This document shows, piece by piece, positions 12,113-25,232 of a DNA stretch of 64,000 nt. The notes under the pieces are model-generated. The model saw only the letters and a program-made list of their open reading frames with translations, made no database searches and was not told where the DNA came from. How positions within the stretch are numbered: position 1 is the first letter of the stretch; each line of letters starts with the position of its first letter. A program made the translations under genes and the position numbers. This stretch comes from Lama glama (taxonomy: Eukaryota). The stretch is from contig CM052817.1 in assembly GCA_028534125.1 (NCBI GenBank), forward strand, positions 107,944,001 through 108,008,000, in the 5' to 3' direction.

Positions 12113-13625
12113 TGTAAGGAAGTTTAACTGGAGGGGAGTGAACAATTAGTGAAAGGTGAAGATGCCTGTGTAGACAAAGGAAAATGTCTGCTTGACTGAA
12201 ACAGAGCAGAGAAATCAAACTTCTGTTTGTATCAGTTGATTGCTTTTGTGTGAGGAATCAAGGACCAGGAATGAAGACATGATGATCTGATACCTTGCTG
12301 ATCATCTCAAAACCCAAAATCAAAGACCTTGAAACTCTAGCTTGAACAATAAACACAGATCTCTTACAACTACACACACGCTGGAACACAATTTATAAAA
12401 ATCATTCTCATTGTTTAATTAAATGTTTGCTTAGATGGCTGATGTCATTTTCATTTTTAGCTTCTTTTATACACTAAGATATTTTCATCCTTCTGCACCT
12501 CAGTCTCTCCCATGCGCCCAGTACTTCCCCATCTTCCTTCCATCCTCTGTGGTGTAGCAGCCAGACAGTTGGCCTTTTTTATTGTAATGCCCAATATTAA
12601 GCTTTTGATTACTAAGACATTCACTTCAAGGACCCCAAAACTCATTGCCAGCTGCACCAGGGGATAAATAGCCAGGGGATGAACACCCACCCTGCAGCTC
12701 CCATATTTTGGGGATCTCTGTTTGACTCAGATAACTGACCATTTGACTACTTGTTTTCCCCTTTCCACACTTTAACTTCCCCTCTTATGTTTTAAATTCA
12801 CCAATAAAGAATGAACTAGTGAAACCCTACCCTCTACTCTCCATCCCAATGAAAGCAGAACCCTAACCCTCTCTTTCTCTTGTTAACAAAAGGAGGGGGA
12901 AAAGCCCTCAGTTCTTGTCTTACCTGAGAGAAACAATTCAAAGACTGAAAGTGTTATCAGTAGAGCAAAAGTCAGTAAAGTATAGTACACCTTCAAGAAC
13001 TAAAGGAAGGCCAACCCAAGAGAGGAAGATGGCGCCACTCCTTTGTTCTCCTGTCTTACATCCTGGCTTAGTTGGTTGACAGCTCACATCCTTTGAGTGC
13101 TCAGGTACGCTCATCTCTTTTGTACATGTTCTCACCCGTGATGCACACGGGAAAGCCCATGGGTGGGGCCCAAACCACAGTGCTCATTACATTATAATGA
13201 GCGTTGGGTGAAGTTGGGTCTTTCTCTCTACTGTGCAGTTGCAGCATCAGATTCTGACCAGCTTCTTTGCTGGCACTCATTTAGAGAATTTCAGCTCTTT
13301 GAAACCTCTTATCCTGAGCGCAGGTGCACTGTTACCTTCTCTCTCCTTTGCTCTCCCCTTGCCCGGTGTCTAACACTCTTTTTTTCTCTCTCTCTCCCTG
13401 CAATCTGTGTGACACCAGGCATGCTGTGTGCCCTCCAGACTTTGTAAGTAATAAATCTTTTTTTTCCCCCCCAAAGTTCCCTGATGGTTGCTGCTGTGGT
13501 GAGTCTTGCAGTCATGATGAGAAGCATGAGGGCTGGCCAGCACAAGGCTGGCTCCAAAGAGAAAAGTCCCTGGGGGCTCCTGGTGGGGACAGGTGAGAAC
13601 CCTCAGGCATTCCTAGCAGCTAGCA
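12113..13625 (+). mobile_element. MER74/MER73-like ERVL LTR, split by a younger solo LTR
   Basis: Motifs GAAAGCAGAACCC, a CT-rich run and CAGGCATGCTGTGTGCCCTCCAGACTTTGTAAGTAATAAA become contiguous once 12881-13379 is removed. Confidence 0.6.
12881..13375 (-). mobile_element. ERV1-type solo LTR (495 bp)
   Basis: Inverted termini TGTTA...TAACA and 4-bp TSD CTCT at 12877-12880 and 13376-13379. Orientation inferred. Confidence 0.85.
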
Positions 13626-13799
13626 TCACCTGCTGTGGATGGGCTGAAACGGGACAAGATGATCCCCCACTTCCTGGCTTATAGCTGTCCTCCTAAAACC
13701 TCCCTTCACTGCCACCCTGATATATCCATTGTGTCTCAGAGGCTGGAGACCCCACCTAGTTGGCCCCATGGCCTCTTGGTCCTGACTATTGAAAAAATC

Positions 13800-14260
13800 C
13801 TCCAGTGCCTTCTTTCAGGTGAGTACATGGGAAAGTTAATTTTCGGAGATTTTGCTTTCCAAAAATGTCTTGATTCTCATTTTATACTTTAAGAATAGTT
13901 TGGTTGACAATGAAATTCAAGATTGAAAATAATTTTCCTTTGCTATTTTGAAGGCTTTGCTCTAGTATCTTACAGCTTCATGGATGCCTGTAGCCAATTT
14001 GCCGTTTGAATGTTGATTCTTTGCAAGTGAGCATGAGGCTTTTTTTTTTTTCACTTAATTTCTGGAATTTAGTGAAACTTCTCTGGGCCTTCCCTGTGCT
14101 AAAGTTTCACATGATGTGCATCTGGAAGGTCTGTCTGTATCCACTATGCTGGGTTCTCTGTTGGCCACGTCCGTCTGGAAGTTTCTCTCTCCATCACATG
14201 AAATTTTCTTGAATAATTTCTGATGATCTCCTTTTCCTTCAATTATTTTTGCCATTCCTC
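13800..14260 (-). mobile_element. Ancient L1M ORF1-region fragment
   Basis: Degenerate match to the antisense L1M motif AATAGTTTGGTTGACAATGAAATTCAAGATTGAAAATAATTTTCC. Confidence 0.55.
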
Positions 14261-15136
14261 ACTCACTTTAAACAAAACCCACCTTTTTTCCCCGAAAATA
14301 TTTTGACCAAGGAAGCAACACAAAGTAGGTCATATGGTTTCTTTTTCATATAACTTTGAGATTCTTACAAAGTGAAAGAGATGGATGATGTTTGCTCTTA
14401 TTACAAAATAAACAGACATTGCTACGACTCTCTGCCCTTCCTTGCCCTACAAAGGTAGTAATGGAGTAAGATATCAGTCAGAAACTCTGCAGGGTATTCC
14501 AAAAATAGCACTAACAAGATCCAGGAACAAATGATAAGACAGTTTGGAAAATAAGATAATCTTATTGTGAACTTATTGTCAATCCATAGAGTCTGGGGGT
14601 CATACAAAAGGAACACTGGCTCTTAGCAAATGTCAAAATACAAAAACCAAACCAAAATATTCGTCATTTTAAATCAATTGTCTTAACTGGATAGAATTAC
14701 CAGGGTTATCTGTAAACTCACTCATTCACTCTACGGCCATTAGTTAAAGGAGACAGCTCATCTGGCACAATGGATAAAGTAATCTATAACTTACCAGTAA
14801 TTAAGCCAGATTGCCTCTTCAGAAAGTCCCGCATGGCTTTTGACTAGTAAGTTAAAGTAAGGAATTATGAATTCAGTCCTTCTTTTGATTGAGTTAATTA
14901 GAGAAGAGATTCTCCAACTTCCTCTCCGTTTTGGGGTTTTGCTACACACGCACATAAACATTAGAATATGAGGTCGCTGGGTGGTGGTTACTCTGGTGGT
15001 CACCATCAAAAATGACTGAGGAATTCCAAAGAAAGTTCTGGAACTTACAAAGGAACTCAGTATGAAACCCCTCTTGTGGCTTTCAGTCAGGAGGACAGCT
15101 TACAATCTTCGAGATGACACATTGAAAAGCAGATCT

Positions 15137-15442
15137 CAAACTTGTGGTTCGTAGGTGACATAGGGCATGGGGAGGGATAAATTGGGAGTTTGAGATTTGT
15201 AGATAGACACTACTGTATATAAAGTAGATAAATAATAAGGTCCTATTGTATAGCACAAGAAACTGTATTCAATATCTTGTAATAGTCAGCAATGAAAAAA
15301 TATAAAAAGGAATACATACATGTATATGTATAACTGAAACATTATGCTATACACCTGAAATTAGCACAACATTGTAAACTGATGATACTTCAATTTAAAA
15401 AGAAAAGAAAAGAAAAGAAAAGAAAAGAAAAGAAAAGAAAAG

Positions 15443-15470
<28 letters not shown>
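15137..15470 (+). mobile_element. L1 3' end with (GAAAA)n tail
   Basis: L1 3'UTR whose tail has expanded into a pentanucleotide repeat at about 15398-15465. Imperfect TSD AAAAGCAGATCTCA / AAAAGAAAATCTCA. Confidence 0.9.
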
Positions 15471-15473
<3 letters not shown>

Positions 15474-15686
15474 TCTCAGAGAGAAACTTGTTGCTCACCC
15501 ACAGGCAAAAGAAGATCTGTCCAGACCCTTGGATGTTCACCAGGGCTGCTTTTGAAACAGGATGTTAGATATCAACACAGGACTTAGCCTAACTTGTTTT
15601 GGAAATGACAGTTTTCTCAATGGCACTGAGAATTTATTTTATTCTTTATCTATGTCACGTCACTTGTCTATTTAAAAATGATGTTG

Positions 15687-17600
15687 ATCTTTTTGGATTA
15701 AGATTCCCTCTGGATATATGCCCAGGAGTGGGATTGCTGGATCATATGGTAAGTCTATTCCTAGTCTTTTGAGGAATCTCCATACTGTTTTCCACAGTGG
15801 CTGCACCAAACTGCATTCCCACCAGCAGTGTAGGAGGGTTCCCTTTTCTCCACAGCCTCTCCAGCATTTGTCATTTGTGGACTTTTGAATGATGGCCATT
15901 CTGACTGGTGTGAGGTGATACTTCATTGTAGTTTTGACTTGCATTTCTCTGATAATTAGTGATACTGAGCATTTTTTCATGTGCCTGTTGGACATTCGTA
16001 TGTCTTCATTGGAGAATTTTTGTTTAGATCTTCTGATCATTTTTGGATTGGGTTACTTGTTTTTTTCTGATTAAGTTGCATGAGCTGTTTATATATTCTG
16101 GAAATTAAGCCTTCATCAGTCTCATTTTTTGCAAGTATTTTCTCCCATTCCGTAGATTGTCATTTTGTTTTGCTTATGGTTTCCTTTGCTGTGCAAAAAC
16201 TTGTAAATTTAATTAGGTCCCATTTGTTTATTCTTGCTTTTATTTCTATTGCTTGGATAGACTGCCCTAGGAGAACATTGCTGATATTTATGTGAGATAA
16301 TATTTTACCTATGTTTTCTTCTAGGAGATTTATTGTGTCTTGTCTCATGTATAAGCCTTTAAGCCATTTTCAGTTTATTTTTGTGTAGGTGTGAGGGAGT
16401 GTTCTAGCTTCATTGATTTACGTGCTGCTGTCCAGTTTTCCCAACAGCATTTGCTGAAGAGACTGTCTTTATTCCATTGTATGTTCTTGCCTCCTTTGTC
16501 AAAGATTAATTGACCAAAAGTTTGTGAGTTCATTTCTGGGCTCTCTATTCTGTTCCACTGATCCATATGTCTGTTTTTGTACCAGTACCATGCTCTTTTG
16601 ATGACTGTAGCTCTGTAGTATTGTCTGAAGTCTGGGAGGATTAGTCCTCCAGCTTCATTCTTTTTCTTCGGTAATGCTTATGCAATTCTGGGTCTTTTGT
16701 GATTCCATATAAATTTTAGTATGATTTGCTCTAGTTCTGTGAAAAATGTCCTGGGTAATTTGATAGGGATTGCATTAAATCTGTAGAATGCTTTGGGTAG
16801 TATGGCCATTTTAACAATGTTGATTCTTCCAATGGAAGAACATGAGATATCTTTCCAATTCCTCAAGTCCTCTTTCATTTCTTTAGTCAGCATTTTGTAG
16901 TTCTCTGCATATAAGTCTTTCACTTTCTTGGTCAGATTTATTCCTAAGTACTTTCCCTGGGCATATATCCAGAGGGAACCTTAATTCAAAAATATACCTG
17001 CACCCCAATGTTCATAGCAGCACTATTTATAACAGTCAAGACATGGAGACAACCTAAATTTCCATCGACAGATGACTGGATAAAGAAGTTGTGGCATATT
17101 TATACAATGGAAAACTGCTCAGCCATAAAAAATAACAAAACAATGCCATTTGCAGCAACATGGACGGCCCTGGGGAATGTCATCCTAAGTGAAGTAAGCC
17201 AGAAAGAGAAAGGAAAATACCACATGAGATCACTCAGATGTGGAATCTAAAAAAGGAAAAGACAAACAAACATTAACAAAACAGAAATGGACTCACAGAC
17301 ATAGAAAATAAATTTATGGTTACCAGGGAGGATGTGGGTGGGAAGGGATAAATTGAGAGTTTGAGATCTGCAGATACTGACTGGTATATATAAAATAGAT
17401 AAACAAATGTATACTGTACAGCACAGGGCACTATATTCAATATCTTGTAGTAGCTTATGGTGAAAAAAATATGAAAACAAATACATGTGTATTAAGTGTG
17501 ACTGAAGCATTGTGCTGTACACCAGAAACTGACACAACATTGTAAACTGACTATACTTCAATTAAAAATAAATAAAATAAAAAAAGAAGGAAAAAAATTT
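15687..17600 (+). mobile_element. L1 with 5' inversion (15687-16950 antisense ORF2, 16956-17600 sense 3' end)
   Basis: Minus-strand ORF2 peptides ([27 protein letters not shown]) followed by plus-strand ORF2 end, 3'UTR and polyA. Flanks AAAAATGATGTTGATC / AAATTTGTTGATC. Confidence 0.95.
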
Positions 17601-18552
17601 TAAATTTGTTGATCAAGCAAGTTTCTGATAAACTGTATGATCATTTAAAGGCTGGCATTTTATTTAATGAATTCCCAGCAGCTGGTGTCTGCATCATTTT
17701 TTAGGTTATAATATATATAGTTTTATTAATGTGCCTTTAACTCACTGTTTAAAATAACACAAATTTAGGCCAGAACTTCAAGTATCCTGTGTGCAATCTT
17801 TATTACTGAGGTCACAGACTATTATTTATGATGTGTTTGTGTATGCATGTGCTGTAGTCGCCGGCAATAAAGATTCTTTTTGTAGATTTCTTTTTAATTT
17901 TTAGATTTCAACTTCTATCAATTTGGGCATCTTATACCCTGACTTGAATCTATTACGTCAAGAAGAGTAATCTTTGAACTGCCTAGAAAATATGCATAAA
18001 GGCAGAAACGTGTTCACAATCAATAATTTTTACTTCTAGTTCTTTTTTTTTTTTTGATTCTGTCTTCTGATTTAATGTTATTATAACTCTGGAATGTTTG
18101 CCTGTGTTTCTGGCCATGATCACAGTCGAAAATACCCAGGGTCACAGCCAGGGGGTGGAGGGTTTCACATCAACAGATTCTGTGTTAACGACACACAAAT
18201 GGGACATATTTGAATGCAGCCTTTAGCAGCTGCACCGCTAGTTAAGGGGAAACTCAGTCCCACAGGCCAGCGTACAGAGTCATAAGCAGAAATGAACTGC
18301 CAAGCGAGGCTCAACATAATAAGCAACTTAGCTGCCTGTGACCCTTCTCTAGTGTTTACGGAAAAGTGAGACCTAGGACACAGTTTCATTGATTTGCACT
18401 TATTTTATCTATTTCCTATTTGTCTATGTCATTACTGTGACATGGCTCTGGCCAAAGCCAGATCTCTTACTGGAACTCTTGGACAGCTTTCCTGGGACTC
18501 ACGCAACCAGTCAGGAGTCCTTAACCTCAGTCACTTCCAGGCCCTGCTCTAC

Positions 18553-18735
18553 GGCATGGTCCTTGGTCTTAGACGCACACTGGAGTCACCTGTGCAGCAT
18601 TTAAAATCATACAGTCATCCAGACCCCATCTCTAGAGACTCGCTTTATATTGTACTCAGGCACTGAGTATTCTTAAGCATTTTTACAAAGCTCTCTAAGG
18701 GAGGCTAATATGTGGTCAGAGCTGAGAACCTATGC
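18553..18735. mobile_element. MER5A-like hAT-Charlie element
   Basis: CACTGGAGTCACCTG...AAGCTCTCTAAGGGAGGCTAATATGTGGTCAGAGCTGAGAACC resembles MER5A. Confidence 0.65.
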
Positions 18736-21700
18736 TCTGTTATGCGACACTGAGGTTCCCACCCTGTACATTTTCAGACACTCAAGAAACATAAAAATCT
18801 AGAGTCAAGAATAAAAACCTTGGAAGGAAGCTTAGAAATTATTAATGGATTCTTTTCAGACAGGAATCTGTCTTATCACATTTCTGATGGGTAGTGATCC
18901 AACGTTGATAATGTCCCAGTGCCATTTTATTTCTGACAACTCCAAACTTGTTTCTTAAGTCTAAGCCAAAATATCTTTTCTTTTTGTTTTCACTCAGAAT
19001 TTCCTTTGTAATTCTGTGTGGTTTTTTTTGTTTTGTTTTTTTTTTTTTTGGAGAAGCTTTGGGACTGGATAATTTTACTGAGTGTTTATTCGTGTATCTT
19101 CACAGTGTCCTTTGGAATACTGGTGGAATTATCCACTGGATATCAATGTTGAATGTTTTTTTAATGGATACATGTTTTGAATCATTTCATTGTTATTTAT
19201 AACAAACTCTGCCTGTCCCTTTTCTGCATTTAAACAGGTCTGAGTGTTCTGCTCTTCAAACTGTAGAGGACAAAAAGTTTCTAGTTCTGAAGGCTTAGAG
19301 CTGGCAGTAAGTTACAATTTCATTCAGCTGAGTTGGAAAATCAAAAGCCTATGGTTAAGTTCCATCTCCACCATTAATAAGTGAACATGGGTGCAAGCAA
19401 GTAGCCACTGTATGCACAGTGCTCTGATATCTGGAGTGGTTGAGCCTTTTGTCAGAGCTTTGGATGGACCGCGCTCAATCTGACTGATGGTTAATGGTTT
19501 CTTCTCTGTTGCAAGCCCTCAAGAATCAGGTACCAGGGCATCATCAATTACTGCCATTCCCATCCACTGCTTCCTCCAGTTCCCCCTCTCCTGGCTATCC
19601 TTCCCTCCTGCCCTCCTTACTTTCACATTGACTGAGCAGACATGGTCAGTTTCTCTAAAGCAGAGATGAAAGCTATTACCTTTTTGTTTGTTTGTTTGTT
19701 TGTTTGCACTTTTCTCGTGTCATCCCTTAATCAAGTGATCTTTCAGGGTGAAAATGAACATGAGTCAAGCGAAGACATAATTGGACATTTTGCTGCTGTG
19801 TCTGACATTTGATTCTAGAAGCACATTGAAATTCTGTGCTTTAGTCCTTAAATGAATATAGAAATGCCAATTATAGATTCATTTCTTTGACTTAAATTTT
19901 CTTCTTTTGATAAATACTATCACATTTGTTTCCCCCTGTAATGGGAAAAAAATTACACACATTTTTTTTTCCCCTCAGTGTGAAATAAAGTAACTTGCGC
20001 TCCAGGGATGGTTAAGAAGATTGTGGTCCTTTCTGCCTGTGCCAGTATCCTCACTTCCTCTTCATGCTCTGAGCCTGTGCTTGTGTTGGAAAAGTACGAC
20101 CATGGGAATTCTAGGCTGCCATTTGTATTTTCCAGGTCAGCAGAGCCTCCCAAGGTATATTATTTCCCCTCACATTTTCATTGTTTGCCTTTTCTATTCT
20201 GCACAAGCAAATCTGATCCATGCTCTTATTCATTTTGCTCAGAAGGTTTTGGTGACAGAAGTAGAAAACAGTGAGACCGTCTGCCTCTTCACCTTATGCT
20301 AGCTGTGTCTTCTGGAAGCAAAGCCTTGGTGGTAAATGGATGTCTATGTGGGTACAAGGAAGAGGAAGTAGCCACCAAGATGGCTAGCTTCGAAGGCTCT
20401 GTGGTAGTGAAGCCGCTGTGACAGTGGTCCCTTGGGCTCTGGGCCAGGCAGAGCGTCTGCGTGGTCGTCTTATTGCCTGGGTGATCAGCATCACGGCCGG
20501 TGTGACGCACAGCCGACTTCTGCCAGCCTGTACCACGCACAGCTTGTGGTCCGCAGCGCACACAGAGAAGGAGCGTTCCTTATGGAAATGAGCCTTCACT
20601 CTCATCAGCTGGCATGAGGCATTTATGAGGGTCATCGCGCCCTTCGTTGGCACCTGGCGGGGGGGAGGGGGCTGCTCTTAGGCAGATGGTGCTAATTCAT
20701 TTTCAGCTACAATTTTTACTTTACTCACAGACTGGCCTTCTGAAAACCCGTCAGATGAATGTGAGAAAAACAGACATGTTTTTTTTTAAAGATGTAGTAA
20801 ATGACAAACAGGAGAGGAAGTAACTCTCTCATACATAAGGGGGTCCATTGTGTACAGACACTCCTTGTTCAGGACAACTGTTATAATATTATTAGTCAAT
20901 ACGTGTATATACATACAAACCCACTGCATTTACATTTATAACTAGCATTTACAATTTCTCTACTTTGGAGGAAAATAGAAAACATGTCTCCTTGACTTAT
21001 TACTTCAGATAGAGATAAACAAATAATGTAATCCTGCTTCAAGTGAAAATTCTTACGTCTAGAGGCCTTAAAAACTAAATCATAATTAAAGTGAATCGAT
21101 TAATCAGAATAAATAATTAGCCGTTGACTCTGCTCACAGCTGGTAGAGATTAATTTCTAAACTTCAAAGGGTATCGAAACAGGGCATTTTCAAAAATCAA
21201 AAGAAGACTACATTTTAAAACCATATCTTTCCTTTTGATTCTTGGCGTAGGAAATGCAAGACACTGGGAAGACATGAAAACGTGAGGAGTTGTCAGCACA
21301 GTGATAAGTGAGTAAACATCGATTTAGATTCTTCTTCTAACAACGTGGAAGGAACTTTCGAATTGCCAACAGAACTTAAAATGCTGCTTGTACAAATTTC
21401 ATTTCCAGGCATTAACTTTGATATTTATGCATGAGAAAATGATAAAGAACTTTCATTAATTTTACAATTTCAGCAGCAAAAAAAAGAGTGCTTTTACTGT
21501 AATATTCTTTCCTGTAGATGATAAATTCTTTCTTCTTATAAGATGAAACACCACAGTTTCTATCTTTAAGAGAAAGACATCAGAGACTCGCAGTCTTTTT
21601 TGTAAACAATGAAACTTTCTAGCCCCATCAAATGTTGTTTCAGACCCCTGCCAAAACTGTATTTTAACGCATTTTTTGTATTAATCATTTTGTATTTATT

Positions 21701-22730
21701 TAACATTCACTTCTAGCATTTTCATAGTGTATGATGCCAGTAATAAATCATTTATTCATAGTATTGAAAGGGGGAGGGAAAGATGAAGTGATGGAGATGG
21801 TAACAATAGATTATATAATTGCATACAAGCTCAGTAGTTTAGGATGAAAGTTGATTAAAAAGAAATAAAAGCAAAAAATCATAAAATAGTCAAAAGATTC
21901 AACATTGAGCCTTTCAAAGAGTTTAAACTTTCTGTAGGCTTTATCTAAGGTTGTTCATGTTTTATTAAGTTAAAAACACGTTTGCCTATTTCAGCACCTA
22001 CTAATTATGAATTTTTTGATCACTAGAAAAATATACAAATAGAACCTATTTTTCTCTTAAAAGATAGACATTAAGGTAGATGTAGTTCACTTCTATAAAA
22101 GTTATCTTCATCTAAAGACACGTTTTTATACTTCTAGATATAGAAATGGGTATTTTCTACCTAACTGTCCTTCACTAACTAGTCCATTCATTCTAGAAGC
22201 ATGTTTTTGGTTCCCTACCACATACCAGCTCTAAACAGGACGCCATGAGACAGTCTTTCTTGGGTGGGTCTCCTTGGTAAAATGCAAGTGTATCATTTTT
22301 ACCTGCCCTCCTCTGATTTTTTTTTCCACATCCAAATATGAGCTATCTTTTGCAACTTAGTTTATTTTTGAGAGTTTCCAAAGAAATCACACAGTTTCAA
22401 GTTGGACATTAACAGCATTCTTTAGAGACTTTTAATTCTGAGGATAAAATATTTGAGGCTACAGTCAATGACCTAAAACCACAGGGTTTCATTATCTGTC
22501 CCAGCACTCAAGAGAACTAAAAATGATTTCCTGAGTTAGACTAGTGTCAGGCTCACAGCCACGTCCTTGCACTACTTTCATCTGATATCTGAGTGACCGC
22601 GTATCTTGTCTGACATTATTCTCAGTCTTCCGCGTCTGCATCAAGTAGTAAGACCTTTCCCCAGAATCTCAACTTTTGCTAAACTGTGGAAGAAAGTGTT
22701 TCTCTTTAATCATCAAAATATAATATTTAT

Positions 22731-22960
22731 CTTTTTTATATATCTTAGTATCCACTCATGTATGACTGAAGCATTATGCTGTACACCAGAAATTGACACA
22801 TTGTAAACCAACTATACTTCAATAAAAAATATAAATTATATGTATATACATATATATATGTATATATATACGTGCACACACACACAAACCCCACAAACAC
22901 TATGTATGTAAAAAAATAAAACCTGGATTGATAAAGACTGTTAAGTATGATGAAAAATAT
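22731..22960 (+). mobile_element. Very short L1 3' end insertion with TA/CA microsatellite tail
   Basis: L1 terminal ~75 bp at 22754-22830. 13-bp direct repeat ATATAATATTTAT at 22718-22730 and 22961-22973. Confidence 0.8.
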
Positions 22961-24109
22961 ATATAATATTTATGTTCCATCTACTGTTTTAGGGAAGAAG
23001 AACTCGAATCCACTTCTCTTCGATACCTATCAAGTTTCACTATAAGAAACATAACGGGCAATGTGACATTCAAATTGGCTCCAGGTCAACATCCTTCAAT
23101 CCATAGGTCACAAGGCCATTTGTGGGTCAGGAAATTAATGTAATAGTTCCTGGCCAACTTTTAAATGACATTAGAGTAAAATAGAAAATGTCAGAGTACA
23201 CCTTTCACGGTAAGTCTTAGGCTCTTTCATTATGTGTGTGTTTATAGTTATATGTACTAATATTCATTTTAGTATGATTCATAAAATACTTGATGTTTTG
23301 TCTTCATATGTTAATCTGTAACATCACTGAAGGATGTTCCTGGACTCTATAATTCTGGTACCGTTTGGAAATTATTATTGAATTCTGCTTTGGAATACTG
23401 TTATCCGTTCACAACAAAGGGCAATTATAACACAACAACAACTGCGTGAATTCTGTTGTTGATTTATTTGCTGAGGGAAATGGTTCTTACGCCCTGAGGA
23501 CTTGGACCACAGTCACTACTTTACAAGAATCCGCAGGAGAAATTTATTGTATCTATGCTAGCAATGATTCATGATTCTTCTGACAAGTTTACTAATTGAA
23601 TTTCATTTATTTATTTGGTAGAGACAGGTAGGAGTCCTGGAACAAAATTTGTAGACCCTGTTATAACAAGAAGACAGGATATTATGGCTTAAATATTATG
23701 CATTAATTTAATACTAGTTTCATTTTATATTGTGAACATTTTTCAATTTTTTCTCCGCCTTATTCATTTATTTTTAAAAATGTTGGCATCCGGTTAGAAT
23801 TTTACACATTCAGCATGGAATAAACACATCTGTACATAGATACACTCATAAATCAACCATAAGGAATGAAAATGATGCTTGATTTGTCTCTTAAGGAGTC
23901 ATTATAATAACCAGCTAACGGTGGGACTGAGACTTTCAGGCCATGACCTTGAATACAAGTTATGCCAAACTAGCTGATATAAAAATTTTGGTCAGGGAAT
24001 GTTACCTTTATGCACTTAGAGTCAATCTTTAAGGGATTCATAAATACCTGATTTTATAAAGTGTAGCCAACATAGAAAACTACCACCATTTAGTGTTTGC
24101 AAGATGCTG

Positions 24110-24340
24110 AGTGTAAATATTAAGACTGTAGATTTTGGAACCTGAACCCCTGGCTTTCGGCTCACTAGCTACATCATCTAGAGCAAGGCATTAGCCCCAC
24201 TATGACTGAACGCCTTATTCCCCAAATGGGGGCAATAATAGGATCTCCTTTGTAGAATCACTGAAAGGGTTAAACTTCGAGTACACACAAGGCTGAGGAT
24301 GGTATGTGGCTCACAGAAATAACTCAAGTTTAGCAATTAT
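24110..24340. mobile_element. MIR
   Basis: Degenerate MIR core (CAAATGGGGGCAATAATAGGATCTCC...AGGGTTAAA). Confidence 0.55.
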
Positions 24341-25131
24341 TTCCATCCTGTCTCTTCCACAGCTACGTTGCTTTCTTTCATAAAAACAACCCTTTTAATG
24401 CCTTCTCTTTCCTTTCTCCTTAACAAGTCTCAGGTCCTCCTCCTCCACTTCAACGATTTGCCATTTGAGAAGTCCAGAGAACCTTGCCACGTGGTTCAGT
24501 CAATTTATTCCCTTAAACGTTTCCTCTAGTTTTGGGAAATTTCACTGGTGCATTATACATATTGGAGAAAAGAAGAGCCTCTTAGGCAACTGGGATAAAG
24601 AAATGAACGATTTCCAGAATGGGAGGGATAGGAATGTGCTGTGCATGTTGTAGCATCACTTTGATTTAAGTAATTGTATCTTTCGCTTTTAAGGCCATGA
24701 AATGTTTTATATTTAATAATTCTATTGATATCTCTATCTTTTTTGCTCAAGACAGCACTCAGAGTAAAGATGTTTATATGTGTTTTTCAGTTTTTACAAC
24801 ACTTAACTGAATACCAGCATTTATACTTTTGTGGTATTTAATATAATGATTATGATTTTTTCTCTAAAATCTTACTGTCTCTCCTACACGTCTACTCTCA
24901 CTCTCTCTTCCAATTTTCTTATTGCATTTCCCCTTATATGTAACATCAAGAAAAGAAAGACGTGTCTGCCCTCTCACAAAGGTCTCCCCTACAACGCTGT
25001 GAGTATATCCATTAGCTGTGGCCTTGTTATCAAAGTCATTACCGCACTGAAGAATCCAGCCAGTAAGACAGTTCTCACTCTTTGTGAAGGAGAGATCAGG
25101 AAATTATGAGAACAAGTTAATACACAATCTT

Positions 25132-25232
25132 CATTTGTGTCGTATTTTTTTAATGAAGGTACTGAGGATTGAATCCAGGAGACTTCATGCATGCTAAGCA
25201 CCTGCTCTACCACTGAGCTGTACCCTCCACCA
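25132..25232 (-). mobile_element. tRNA-Ala-derived SINE (Vic-1-like)
   Basis: Antisense tRNA-like head. TSD AATACACAATCTT (25119-25131) / AATACACTATCTT (25233-25245). Confidence 0.9.

Noticed and set aside
14440..15120. Possible non-retroviral endogenous viral element (peptide LLSIHRVWG loosely like a Mononegavirales L motif)
   Set aside because: The conserved HP residues are absent, the frames I translated close quickly and no second motif was found. A tBLASTx search against viral proteins would settle it.
24395..24530. Strong polypyrimidine tract and AG as a possible exon start (similar sites near 5312, 6305, 26861 and 56301)
   Set aside because: No convincing paired donor or recognisable peptide. 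Isolated acceptor-like sites are common by chance.
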